DNA of 64,000 nucleotides, taken from assembly GCF_006345805.1 (NCBI RefSeq), contig NC_042998.1:104842001-104906000 (forward strand), in the 5' to 3' direction. Under the pieces are notes generated by a model. The model was not told the DNA's origin and did no database searches. It worked only from the letters and a program-made list of their open reading frames with translations. The DNA comes from Octopus sinensis. Taxonomy: Eukaryota. A program made the translations under genes and the position numbers. This document shows positions 40,094 to 54,483 of the stretch, in pieces. Position 1 is the first letter of the stretch, and each line of letters begins with the position of its first letter.

Positions 40094-40141
40094 CTGCAGC
40101 TGAAGAGGAGATAACCAATCCGAAATGCATGCATCCCATAG
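40094..40141 (+). ncRNA. Minimal hammerhead motif with a perfect core, palindromic loop III and weak stem I
   Basis: CTGAAGA (40100-40106) / GGA-gataaccaa-TCC / GAAA-TG-CATG-CA-TC; cleavage triplet AUC (40133-40135); stem I ctgcag/ccatag has 2 mismatches. Confidence 0.55.
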
Positions 40142-40791
40142 TTTAGTTAAGGTGTGCTGTGAACTGACTCTGTGTATTTACACTTATTTGTCTGCAGCGA
40201 GGAATTTTATCCATAACAAAATGCAGTGAATAGCTTTCTTACGGGGTCGAATATGCTTGAATCATATTTATAAATATGCAGTCTACTTTATATTACTATG
40301 AGTGTGAAAATAATACGAAGGTGATTGAATTCATTTTCTTAAACGTGATATTTATCACCCCTACCCAATGTGTGAATTAGTTGGACATATTAGGAAGTAC
40401 AGGCACACCACGCGTTATGGCTACATCGAGTTACAGGATTTTGGACTTACGTGAATTGTAAAGAATGACCGCTAATTTCGAGATATGGCCTGTATTTTCG
40501 CTCAAACGGAAATTCGAATAAATTTTAAAGATGTAAAATTACATTTGCTTTTAACCGACAGTTTGCTTCTCAGCATTTTAGCTGAGATCAAAGAAGTTTA
40601 CAATTTCAGGAATTATAATCACCATACATACGTACAAACATGTACTCATACATACATACATTTGTATGTACATAAAAACATACATACATACATGCATACA
40701 TACATATACACAAACGTAAATACATGCATATATACAAACATACATACACATACATACATACATACATACATACATACATACATACATACAT

Positions 40792-40845
<54 letters not shown>

Positions 40846-41769
40846 GTGTGTGCGTACATACGTATTGGGCTGGAACAAGATTTCGTCCCATTGTTCAGTT
40901 GCCATATGCTTCTCACTTGACAGAAACATACAGCATATATATTCTTTTATATGTTTCAGTCATTTGACTGTGGCCATGCTGGAGCACTGCCTTTGATTAA
41001 ACAGATCGACCCCAGGACTTATTCTTTGTAAGCCTAGTACTTATTCTATTGGTCTCTTTTTCCGAACCGTTAAGTTACAGGGATGTAAACACACCAAGAT
41101 CGGTTGTCAGGCGATGGTGGTGGGACAAACACAGAAACAAAAATATATACATATATACGGGGAATTATTCAAACACCAAAGTTCCTCTCAGCACATGGCT
41201 GTTATGATCTCCAACTACTTCTGCTTGCGATCAGAGATGCACATATCGTCAGCCACCAAGAGACATACTGAACTGGTTAAAATTTAAACAATTGACAAGC
41301 AAATCTGTAGTTTTGAACAGAATATTTGGGGACGCGATTGGAGGAGAAGAGAGGGAGAGGTGGTGATGAGTGAAATGTGTATTTTTAAACTACTTTTTCC
41401 TCCGTTACGTAGCCCGTCTGTAAAGCTTTCACGTGATTAGTTGAAGGGGAAGGTGAAGAGCGAAAGAAAAAGGAGAGAAAAAAGAGCGTAAGATGAAAAG
41501 AGAAAGCGGTACAGTACTGTATATTACGTCTATAAAATTGTGCATAAAGTGAATAAAGTGTATATATAAAGTGCATAAAGTAATCTTGGTATTCCAATTT
41601 CCTTCACTTTTCAATGATTATCATTTGATTTAGACACAACACAGACTACGCTTTCAGATCTTTTGGACAAATTTTTCAGAAATAACCCAGTACATTTACC
41701 ATTTATTCCGTGAAATATTCCTGGCCTCGCCAGTTATATTATTATTGCACCTGAAACCCAGAATTTCGT

Positions 41770-42580
41770 CAGGCGCTCGCAGACCTCTAGCAGTCGGGCA
41801 ATGGGATCGGTGGATGTTCTGCTTTAGAAATTTATAGAGGATTAGTGGCGGGGATGTACGACGACATTTTCGAGGAGACTCTGGGCGCCGACGAGAACAA
41901 ACCGGCTAGTCCGTTCCGGAGGACTTTCCGCTCGGGAACTAGCATGGAGAATTTCCAGATGTTCTCGGCCTGGCAGTGCTACCGGGCGTCGGGGTGCGGT
42001 ACCGGTTCGAGATAAACTCTACAGGCACGGATGTGCTGTCAGACGGGCTTGTCCAAGGTACGAGCAGAATAATGAAATCGTTCTGCACACCCTTGTTCCA
42101 TGTCCGAGCATTGCTGACTTCTGCTGTCATCTGTGGGACGGATCCATCTGTCGGCCGAGTCTGTAGTGATGATCGCACCGCCACCCTCCTTCAATCGTGC
42201 AAGTAAAGCAGCTTTCCTTTGCCTGGTAACTGTGGTGAAAGAGGTTGTTTGGTAGACAAGGCTGAAAGGCATGAGGACACATACATTCCTCTTTGGTAGA
42301 ACTTTCATTGGCTTATTTCAAGTTTCACTTGAAATGTAAATTGTGAGTGGAGAGGAAAGTGCTGTTCTCGGGTCAGTTTATTGAAAGGTGGGTTGAAAGT
42401 TGCGAAAATGACTAGAGCTAATGACACCTTTCTAAGTGTAGACCTGTGAGTCGGAGAAAAGGCATTGGGGAGGGCACTTGCTCCTAGGGTTTCAGGGAAA
42501 TCTCGGACAGTGGGGCTCCTCGATTATCCCTAGGAACCTTCCTGTATCAGGAGGGCCAGATCTCTATCATCCTCCCCACC
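41770..42580. mobile_element. Possible L1/Tx1-like LINE fragments in opposite orientations
   Basis: GC-rich block with broken minus-strand ORFs (41770-42300), then a plus-strand LINE-like 3' end (42300-42580). The family call is from memory. Confidence 0.3.
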
Positions 42581-42589
42581 ACTTTTTTA

Positions 42590-43136
42590 AACTTTTGCAT
42601 GCTATGCATATGTCTCTTATTTTTCACTGTATACATGCCTATACTTCTGTCTCTATCTTCTGGTGCTCTATCACGTCTCCTCATCTATACCCACCTTAAG
42701 GTGTTTTTCTCTGCTTCGATACAATCCTGGCAACTGATCGAACCGCTCCAACCCTTTCTTCTGGACAAGTACAGCTTATCAGTGTCATTCTTAGGGTATA
42801 AGGCCCCGTGTCCAGTCAACATTTTTCTTGTTTTTATACCGTTTTCATCACTTCTCCCTTTTGCCATTTTATAATTCCCGCTCCATACCGAAGTGATGCT
42901 ATTGCCCACGTATTAACTGCTTGGGTTTTATTCCCTCCAGTCGATTTTGAGCGCATCACCAGCATTAGTCTTCGAAAATATTCCGTCCTGAATTGGTCTT
43001 TCATATCCTTCTCCATTATCTCTTTGAACTCTAGTACACCAAGGTATATTATAGCCTTCCGTTTCAATTTGTTTAACCAATTCTCTATTCGGTAATTCTA
43101 TCCCTGCTAGAGACTCTTTTTAGGTAGATTATCCCG

Positions 43137-43185
<49 letters not shown>

Positions 43186-43560
43186 GATTTGACTCAGGTT
43201 CCTTTTAATTCCTAGCAGGGTTTATATTAGTAACAGGTTACTACCTGTAATCTTAAGCAACCACTAGTTTTCAAGTCTTTCAGATGCTTAGAACCTTCTT
43301 GATAATCTTTCCTGTCTCTAAGAGGTAAACTTTCTGTTTAATCTCTACAGGACATTCCATTCCAATCTCCTGCAATCGTTTGTCTATATCATTGCTTAGT
43401 TCCCAATGCACCAATTATTATAGGCAGACTTTTACAGTTTTGATAATCCAAACTCTTACAATTTCAAATTTTAAGACAGTGTATCTTTTTGTTTTCCGCT
43501 TTCTGTTTTCTTTTCTTTGTCCTTTAAGTAAAGGGCTAAGTCCTTGATCTGCTCTGGCCG
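42590..43560 (-). mobile_element. R4/Dong-like LINE fragments around an (ATT)n tract
   Basis: YLGVLEFKEIMEKDMKDQFRTEYFRRL, AVNTWAIASLRYGAGII, HGALYPKNDTDKLYLSRRKG; (ATT)n at 43138-43186. Confidence 0.7.
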
Positions 43561-45824
43561 TTCGAGACTGGTGATATTAGCGCAGTTAATATTCACTGAA
43601 AGTGTTGCATGCGGACAACTACAGTGTAAAAATCCCTGAGGGATGAAGATGTAAAGAGGAAAGACTTGGCTTCATGGCTCATACAGGTAGAGACAATATG
43701 AAGGAGAGACTTTTGATTGCATGTGCTAGATATGGTACGAAACCATGGCTACGAAGAGTTGGGGACATAGCAGTAGCCATACATCTATGGGACAAAGTCT
43801 GGGCGTGCTGATGAGCATCTTCATGGTTGTTATTTGAGTGACCTTATTAAGGAAATTTAACTAAATGAGATTTATCAGTAAGTAACCTTTTATTTTTAAG
43901 CTTTACCCTGATTTATATAAATTTATATGTGTTCGTGTTTATCTCGTCTATGCACAATCTTTATGCTAATATATAGATGTATCATCATGAATTACTTCTG
44001 TATTTAGCAACATTGTCTCTCACTCTACGGTTCCCAAAGATACCGTAGAAAACAGCCTGAATAACACAAACAATAATAAATATCTTTAAAAAATCTGCTA
44101 TTATTTTTCATTTGAACTATGACCTATTCATTCTCATGAAGATAAGTCGTGCTTTGCCAAAAGGTAATATACAAGTGAACTGGTGGATATGATGGACAAC
44201 AGGCTGGTAAAATCATGGTGGTGAAGGTGGTAGTAGTGTGGTGGTCCGAGTGTTGGTGGCAGTAGTGGTGGGTAGGTAGTGGTTCTAATGATGAGGGTGA
44301 TGGCGATAGTGATGGTGTATGTAAGTCTGTTAATATTTACATTTATGATAAGGCAATGGTGTTTGTATACTACGAACCTTCATCTATTCTTGTTGGGAAA
44401 GTACATGAATACACTATCCGCGCGTACACACATACTTACACATATATTTGCGAGTGTATGCATATACACACATACGTGTGCGTATGCATGCAAATAATCT
44501 TATCAATAAATATTCATATGTTCTGAGATAAATACACTTTATTGAAATCATTTACTGTTTCTAATTCTCTGTTCCATGTTGTATTCTAAAAAAGATGTAC
44601 ACATTTTTTGTTGCATAAATTTCAAGAAAAAAGGAGACAGTGAATGAAACACAGAAATTGCGAAGAATACCCATATGAGAGGTAAAGGAACAAAACAAAG
44701 GAGTACTGATTTCCATTAAATTCCACTTTGGTTCCGTTTATTCCATATAGGTCTTCAGCTGTCTGTTGAGACCCATGTTTTATGAAAATATTGAAAGTTG
44801 ATAACGAAATTTCATCGCAAATATAGAAATCAAGTATGTTATAAATACAAAGTTATCATTGCTTTCAGCTATTTTTGTACAATATATTTCAACTTACATT
44901 TATTTATCATTTACTTTTGGTTGTCATTTGCCATGCTCTTGTATTCATGCTCTTCTGCTTAAATTGTTTTATTTTCTAGTATTATTTGTTGTTCTTGTTT
45001 GTATTTTTAGTATTGTTTGTTGTTCTTGTTTGTTGTTCTTGCGTTTTTTTATTGGGTGTTGTTTCGTTTCGTATACGATAGTGTGACTGATATTATGTGT
45101 ATAGTGTACCACTGAAACCGTTCTGAAAATGAACGGAAAGTGTCTGACGTATGATGTGGGCTGTACCTAGCAGGAATCTTATTCTCTTTTTAGGCTAGTT
45201 TTTGAGCCTTATTATTTGTATATTTTTGTTCGTGTACCTTTTTATGTTTCCATCACATCTAGCGCTCTATTTACTTTTAGTACTGTTCTTACTTCCACAC
45301 TCAACAAACTTTTTGTCTTAATTTCAAACTCTTTCAAAGTTCTTTGAAAGTACTTTGTTTCTCGACCTCCTTCACGGAGCTGCTTTAAGGAAAAAGGGAT
45401 GCGAAATTTATATTATTAATATTGTCATTTTTGACTGACAAGAATATGCAGCGACATTTTTTTTCTATAAGCTGTGAAAAAAGTGGCTGTATGGTGGATG
45501 CGTTTGAAAGTGTTGAGAACATGACCAGTCTGACTGTGTCCTCGACATTTTTTTTAAGTATCAAGAGAAATAGGTGACGGAAAAGGCGGAGGCTCTACTT
45601 TCAGGGAAAGTTGAAACTTGAATTATGCTTTTGGGATGGTAGTCGGGAGAGAGCAACAGACTTGAGAATATGATAGTCAGAATCATTATAAACATTAATT
45701 TTCACCATTCATCCAATTTTATATTTGTACTCTAGTGCCTGGAGCGTTACATATTTTGCCGACCTCCCGTTTATTGTATATGCATTGTGTAATACGATTT
45801 ATGTTGTAAGCCCTGTGGTTAGGC

Positions 45825-46094
45825 TAGCTAGCAGAATCGTTAGCACGCTGGACGAAATGCTTAGCGGTATTTCGCCCGTCGCTACGTTCTGAGTTCAAAT
45901 TCCGCCGAGGCCGACTTTGCCTTTCATCCTTTCGGGATCGATATAATAAGTACCAGTTACGCACCGGGGTCGATGTAATCGAGTTAATCTCTTCCCCCAA
46001 ATTTGAGGCCTTGTGCTTCCAGTAAAAAGGATCATTATTATTATTATTATTATTATTATTGTTGTTGTTGTTGCTGTTGTTGTTGTTGTTGTTG

Positions 46095-46132
<38 letters not shown>

Positions 46133-46830
46133 GTTGTTGTTGTTGTTGTTGTTGTTGTTTTGTTGTTGTTGTTGTTGTCGTCGTCGTCGTCACCATCATC
46201 ATCATTATCATTATTAGTGCGGCTAACTTATAGAATAGTTAGCACGCATGACAAATTGCTTAGCGGCATTTCGTTCGATTTACTTTCTGAGCTGAAATTC
46301 TACCCAAGTCGACTTTGCCTTTTATCGTTTCGTGATCAATGAAATAAGTACTAGTTGAGCACTGTAATCAATGTAATAGACTAGTCCCCTCTCCCAAAAT
46401 TTCAGGCATTGTGCCTATAGTAGAAAAGATCATCATCAACATCATCATTATTATCATCATCATCATCATCATCAAGGCAGCGAGCTGGCACAATTGTTAG
46501 CGCGTCGCTGGTTCTTTACTTTCCGAGTTCAGCCCGCCGAAATCAACTTTGACTGTCATCCCTCTATGGTCGATAAAGTACTAAGGAACTGGGATCAATG
46601 TAATCGATTGTTCTCTCCCTAAAAAAAAAATAGATAAAATCAACATAACTGGTAGCTTTGAGCCAAAATTTGCAAACATTATTACTTAAGGTGGCGTCGG
46701 ACAAAATGCTTAACACTACTATACGTTCTGAGTTCAAATTCCGCCGAGTTCAACTTTGCTTTTCATCCTCTCGAGGTCTATGAAGTAAAGTAACAGTCTA
46801 GTACTGCTGGCCTGGTGCCAAAATAAGAAA
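45825..46830 (+). mobile_element. Four SINE family B copies separated by trinucleotide microsatellites
   Basis: Copies at about 45825, 46225, 46475 and 46690, with the ttcaaattccgccgag / gcctttcatcc core. Confidence 0.7.
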
Positions 46831-47387
46831 AAAATATTATTGTTCTTGTTATTCTTACTATTATTTCTACAACACGTGATAATTTGCGACAAAGTAACTT
46901 CTTTATATTTTGGCCAGCTGTTCATTTGTGTATCGGTTTCGTTTTATTGTTTTTTAACCTTTGACCAGTGAGGCTTCAAGTTGCTTTCAAATTTAATTGA
47001 TTCTTGTTTACTTACCTCTCTTCTCCCCACTCTTCTCTCCCTTCCAAATTGCTACGAATTTTATTTATTCATTTAATATCATTATTATTTTTAGTAGCAT
47101 TTGTTTTCTCTGTGTTAGGTGGGGGATTGAGAGATTAGTAGTATCATTCGATGTGTTTATAATTCGTCTGATTATGTATAGCTGTAGTATACAACTTATA
47201 ACAGGTCATTACTACACTGATATTCCAAACGGTTCAAAACTTTAAAGACAAACAAAGGGAAAACCCACCTGGTTAAGACAGTCCATTTGTACGTGAAGAT
47301 ATTCTTATATGCTTTAACACTGGGGTGTTACAGACATTATTCACTTCACTGTTTAAATAGGAATGTAATTAAGTAAAATACAAAAAT

Positions 47388-47429
<42 letters not shown>

Positions 47430-47615
47430 AGTGTGTGTGTACGTGTAGTGTTCATTTGAGTGTTTTAAATTTCTAACGTGAAGCTCTCAAGGTAAAATTG
47501 TTATACATATACACGCATTCATGTGTATGATATGCACTTATGTATGTATGCATGTATGTATGTATGTATGTATGTATCTATCTATCTATCCATCTATCTA
47601 TATGTGCATGTGTGC

Positions 47616-47685
<70 letters not shown>

Positions 47686-50600
47686 ATGCTGAGTCTGCAG
47701 GTAGGCCCTCTGTCTGGTGACATTGATATCATTAATGTTCCATTTAAAATGTTGCACGCCAACACTTGTAAAAAGGACAGGAACAAGAGTAGATTCCCAA
47801 CGCCGTATGGTCTAGGGAGGAAGAATTAAGAACAGTCTAAAGAAGCCGTGGGCGCAACAAGTGTGACAAAAAGTGGAGAGATGAATGGGCCAGAGGTGCA
47901 CGTGTAGTGGCAGTACGAGAACAATCAGCTCTGTGAGACAGAGGTCATTATTGTAGCGATAAAAAAAGACAAAGAAAGGAGATAGCTTGCTTGCTAGACA
48001 TTGCTTGAATTGTGAGTGTTAGTGATGGAATGACAATCGTCCCAGTTGTCCTCCTCTGCGTGCGGTTCTAGATACCGATGTACGTAGTAGCAGTATTAAA
48101 CCCAGAAATTAGTGCATTACTCTACTGCGGCATTCATTTGAACCGTGTAGAACAATGGTTCTGAAACGGGGTCTATGTAGCCCTTGTTGGTCATATAAGA
48201 TTTGGCGGGGGAGGAGATCCACGCAACAAAATACATAATTGGGCATCTCCAATAGTATTTTAAGGGCCCCCTAAAGAATTTTACTTTAGATGTATGTATT
48301 GGTATGTATTGTAAGAAGCAGCTACGTTTCTTTCCCTAACATTTAACATAGTTCAACCTACACAAGTTAATGTGCGAAATACAAAATAGGAACGTTGAAA
48401 GAAGATTTTTTTTAATCTAGTTTTTAGTAAACATCGAATGGTTCGGAAAAGATTGTAATTTAGTGGTACAAGGTCTGGACTGTAAGGCCGGGTGAGGCAG
48501 CACTTCCAGCCCCTCAAGTTTCTCAAGATTGCACTTGATCACATTCTATTAAGCATCGAATGGCTTGGAGATCCACTAGAATAAAATAATAATAAAGGGT
48601 TCCAGAGTTTTAAAAACTCTTGAGAACCCTTGGTGTAGAACGTCAGTAACAACAGGAAACTGGAATACACTTCGAATCTAAAGTGTAAAGCTAGTCTTTG
48701 GGAAGCGGTCTCACCTATGCTACGATGCTATCCTAAGGGACATCTTCTGCGTTAATTAGGCTCAGCATTTAAAGCTGCTGTGAGGGTTTTAGCTGAGTGT
48801 GACTCATATTCAAAGTAGATGTAATGGGTTGTATTTTCTCCAACCGGGTAATATTTGAAGGGGATGGGGGAAGTTGCTGTTAAAACAAATAAGGTTGGCA
48901 TAGTTTCGCACTATTATACTTTCGCGGTCTCCGCTTATGGAATTAACGCAGGTTCCCCCTGAGGAGTGTGGCTTGCGTGAGGGTGAGATATGGTTAAGGA
49001 AAGTTTGGGAGGAATGTGGAGCCATACCATCTGCATAAGAGTAGTTGTTGTTGGATGCGGTGGCAAATAGGTCATTATTGCACAGAAAGAAGACAGTCTG
49101 GGATTGATCCATACCCTGGGGAAGAAGGGTTTGGGTGTCACTCTCACAATCAACACGGGTAGGTATTGCTCTCTTTATTTTTTCCGGACAACTGCAGCAA
49201 AAAACGAGTAAATCATTTGGAAGACTTCTGGCGCTGTTTTTATTGTATTTGTATAGTTATTTAATTTTTTCTTCCTGTGCGAGGAATGTGAAAGGACACG
49301 CCCAAAAAGATGGCTTCGGTCACATTTTAGAAGCAAGAGTGCTGCTAGATATATGTGGCATAAAACTGGCGGAACACCAATCAGTTGTCTGACATGCAAG
49401 GCTATAGGATCCATAGTTAAGTGAATGTTGAGTGATATATGATTGCGTGAAGAGCAGTGGGATAAGACAGTGATCGGATGAGTGGACAGGCATTAAAACA
49501 CTTAAGTATTTTACTTACAAACTTTCAGGATGGTATCCAGCGTCGGTTTTATATAATTCATAGTGATTTATTTTCTTTCGCTAAAACTATTTTTGTTATT
49601 ATAGTTATACATATTGACGCTTAGTCTATGGATATACAAGATATAGCGCTAAAGGCAACTGATGCTTAACTCTGTATCTTTACTTTTACACAGAAATTTG
49701 TGAGGCCGTTATTTGAAACTACGTGCTGCATACTCCAGTAACATCATTCAAGAATTCATGTATCCAAAATTGCATGCGTTTCAATTTCCATATTGCATGA
49801 TTTGCTTAAGGTACTACACAGACATGGTGATGAGTCTACTCCGTAGCCTCATCTAAGCACCTACTTCCTGCAAATAATTATGTCTTGGTGTTCGCACTTG
49901 CGCCTACTCCAAGCGTGTATTATTATCACTGGTTGTCTCAACTAAGATACATTTGATTACAAATATCAAGTTCTATATCGTATAAGAATTTGTAGCATAT
50001 AATATTCTGTGTTATGTAACATTATATATCACATAACACCATATACGGATCTTTGTGGTTATCGTCACTGCATGTCGAAATCTTAAAAATTTTTTTTTAA
50101 TGTATCATATAGATGTAATTTTTGATGCTGTATTCGAGTTTGTTATTCATTTATTCCAGAAAAATTTTGCGAAAATGTTACAGGTGTTCAAATTTTGATA
50201 ATTTTCAGGATTTCAGCCAATCAAAAAAAAAAAAAAACAGCGCGTTCGCCGCCTCTTCCGTCATCTGTCACAGTAGCGAGAAGGGCTGGCGGTACCGGCA
50301 TGTCAAAACATTAAACTAGCTATAGTAAACAGTGAAAAACATTAATACATTCGCGAGCGAATTAAATATTTAAACGCTACGAGCAAACCAACAGGAGTTG
50401 CTAGAAATAACAGTCAAAACATTGCTTAAAACATGTATTTCTGAGTTTAAAAATTCAAGAACGAAAGTTTGCAATACACTCAAGAATTTTATCTTTCTCA
50501 TATCTCCTCCACATAAATTTACGAAGATAAGAATCAACCATGGAACGATGTGTCCCACACCAGTGTTTGTTTCCACGCTCTAAAGATGCCCAGGTACTTA

Positions 50601-51329
50601 TGCGCATGCGTAGCATCTTTGTTTACTATGGAAACAGAGTTCTTCGCTATCAGCTATGGAAAACGTGGTTTTTCTTTGCTTACTATGCTAACATAACTTC
50701 ACGGTGATGTGTAAAATAATCGCTTCTGATTGGTTAAAATACCTAAATTTTACATATTTTAAACTTTTTAATTGTAATTTTATAGGGAAAATGAATTTCA
50801 TTTTCAAAATTATTATACAAAACTTAATCCATATACCGACTTAGAAAACAATTGGATCAAAATTGTAACGATTGACGATAACCACAAAGAACCCCATGTG
50901 CACCCTTACTTCACAAGTATTTCCTGATGTCCAGCTCATCTGTGTACTATCTTGATGTATCACAATCATGTATCCTCATAGAATCGCTCACTTATTTAAT
51001 ATCCATTTTTGGTTAATTATCAAATCTTCCGTGCACTCAGTAATATATTTAATCATTATACATTTAAATATTTTTCTTGGACCTATATCTTCCTGTAGCA
51101 ATCCCCCTTTTTCCCACACAGGTAACTTCCACCATTCTTTTCGTATTATTGAGCTAACTCACACAACATTTATTGTATAATTCTTGTTGTATCTTGCTGA
51201 AAGGATGGGCTTTTAGTAATGACAAGAGAGGCCAGTAGGAGTATAAAAAATTTTATGAGCAACACAGCAGTTTACAAAAGCAACTGGAAAAGCTCTCTCA
51301 GCAAGAACATATTCTTGCTTTTTATTATA

Positions 51330-51502
51330 CACCGCCTTTAGTCGAGCACATCGACCCCAGGACTTATTCTTTGGAAGCCTAGTACTTATTCTATCGGTCT
51401 CTTTTGCTGAACCGCTAAGTTACGGGGACGTAAACACACCATCATAGGTTGTCAAGCGATGTTGGAGGAACAAACAGAGAAACAGAAACATATACACACA
51501 CA

Positions 51503-51541
<39 letters not shown>

Positions 51542-51677
51542 GACGGGCTTCTTTCAGTTTCCGTCTACCAATCCACTCACAAGGCTTTGGTCGGTCCGAG
51601 GCTGAAGTAGAAGACACTTGCCCAAGCTGCCACGCAGTGGGCCTGAACCCGGAACCATGTGGTTGGTAAGCAAGCTA
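51330..51677 (-). mobile_element. SINE family A, head plus internal microsatellite plus body
   Basis: Reverse complement of the 8455/38704 head at 51540-51677, then (TA)n/(CA)n, then the body at 51330-51480. Confidence 0.75.
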
Positions 51678-51853
51678 CTTTATTTCATAAAAAAATTGCC
51701 ATAAAGGCATTACAAAGAGTAGCTGCAGGTTGGACATATACATTGATGAGGTGAATGATAAAATAAGGATGATATTGATGAGAGAAAGCAAAAACGCCCG
51801 CCGATTTTCTTCTCTAAAACATTGTTCTTTTTTTTTAAACAGAATAAACAAAG

Positions 51854-52208
51854 CGAGGTATTGAACCTCTCACAACAGTTTTTACAGTTTTTGGACTTAG
51901 TAGTCCATTACAAATATTAACATGCAAAAACTATTCAATATACAATCAACACTAGTCCATTTACAAATGAGGTGCTGGGCCTCTTACACTTTATAACAGT
52001 GAAGCTTTTCAGCCTCTTGACAATTTTTCACCTCAACGAGGTATTGAACATCTTACTACATTATTGGACTTAATAGTCAATAACATGCAATAATATACAA
52101 TGAAATATTCAATATACAATCAACACTAGTCCATTTACAAATGAGGCGCTGAGCCTCTTACACATTACATCACTGAGGCTTTTCAACCTCTTGTCAATTT
52201 TCCACCTC
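51854..52208. repeat. Direct tandem duplication, period ~183 bp
   Basis: cgaggtattgaac at 51854 and 52037; both units carry tattcaatatacaatcaacactagtccatttacaaatgagg. Confidence 0.8.
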
Positions 52209-52969
52209 ATAATCGCTTCTGTTCGTGTATTCCGCCATAGCCCATGCTTCGTTTAAAATCAAGGCGGGATCCGAGTTGGCGTCACTCGGCCACGAGCGAT
52301 ATTCTTCTTTTAGTCCCTTCAGCATCATAAACAGGCGCAACGTTATGACCTCCGCAGCTATCTGCGGAGGCCATTCGGGGTCCTTACCACAGCAAGCTAC
52401 TTACCACACAGTCACTCCTACGTCTATATTATTGCGTGTTATTTGAAGAGTTCATTGTCTGGGTTACTTTGTATGATTTTTCACTTACAGTGCAGTAATA
52501 GTAAGGAATGCTCAATCCAAAACGGTGATGGGTCGAAATCATACGACAAGACGTATATCAGTAAAATAGTTTCATTCAAATACAGGCAGCAATCTTACTA
52601 GCATACATTTTTTGTTGTTATATTCAGGACTTGAGCTTCCGAGAAGTTATTCAACTACATTAACCAATATCATCCCACATTAACTTACAATTTAAATTTA
52701 CTCATGTCGGTGTCATTTCTTAGATGGCAATGTGGTAATTGCTCCAATCTGCCCAACGCTTATTGCATTTTGCTCAATGACATCCTATTTTAAGCGCTAT
52801 CAGCTTGAAATCATGTTTAGTCAATGAGATTTGTACTCTTTAGCTATATTGTATGCACATCGGTTGTCACTGTATTCCACAATTGCTAAAATTTAACGAA
52901 GCATTGAAACATGCAGAAACTCAGAAGTAACGATTTTTCATCCATCTATCCATGCATGCATGCAATGTT

Positions 52970-53702
<733 letters not shown>

Positions 53703-54483
53703 AACAAGAGCAAAAGAAAATTTATTTCTATGCCAATATGCTGATAACAGACTTTTAAATCGTCAATTTCCACATATATACTCACTACAGGAATACGTTG
53801 TACTGAAATCGGCAAGCTAGTCAACAGAATTATGTTTTAAAAAGTTCGTTATTTCTATATTGAATCAATTTTGGAATTAATCTCATAGAGGTTTTCCTCT
53901 TCAGTAGAAAATACAATAAGAAATAAATGAAATACTTACATGCGCCAATGGAAAAAAAAACTTTTGCTTCGGCTTTTTTTCCAGGGTGCATGTATTTCAT
54001 TTATTTCTTATCGTATTTTCTACTCTAGGTTCTTATTTCTCTGGTCTCGGGGTTATCCTCCCGACATATCTCATTATACAGCATCTTACCTACATCATGC
54101 CTTATCGGTAGATAATACTGTGATGACATTTTTGGAAAACTGCTTATAATTTTGGTGATATCTTCGGTGTTAACTCCACAAAGTTTGCATCGGTTATCAC
54201 ATTTTGCTGCTTTTCCTATGTCTGTGTCCTTTTTATGCCTTGGGTATTTGGTTGATATTTCCTATTCCTGGATTGCAAACGCATGCCCTTCGAAATAGGA
54301 GTTAGTAATCCGGCTGTTGATCCATGATAGCTATGCGTATGTTCGTAGTATGTGTGCATATGTTTCGTTTACATTATAGTCTATGTAATTTAGAACTTTT
54401 TTCTTTACCTTGAAGAATTTTCTGGAAAGTTTCAGTAAGATTTTTATTTATTTATTCATTTATTTTTTCAGAAATTACTCAAG

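Noticed and set aside
45050-45700. Possible decayed PLE with a CTGAAAC-CGTT..AACG-GAAA motif at about 45110-45140
   Set aside because: The core deviates at two positions and the protein remnants are not convincing.
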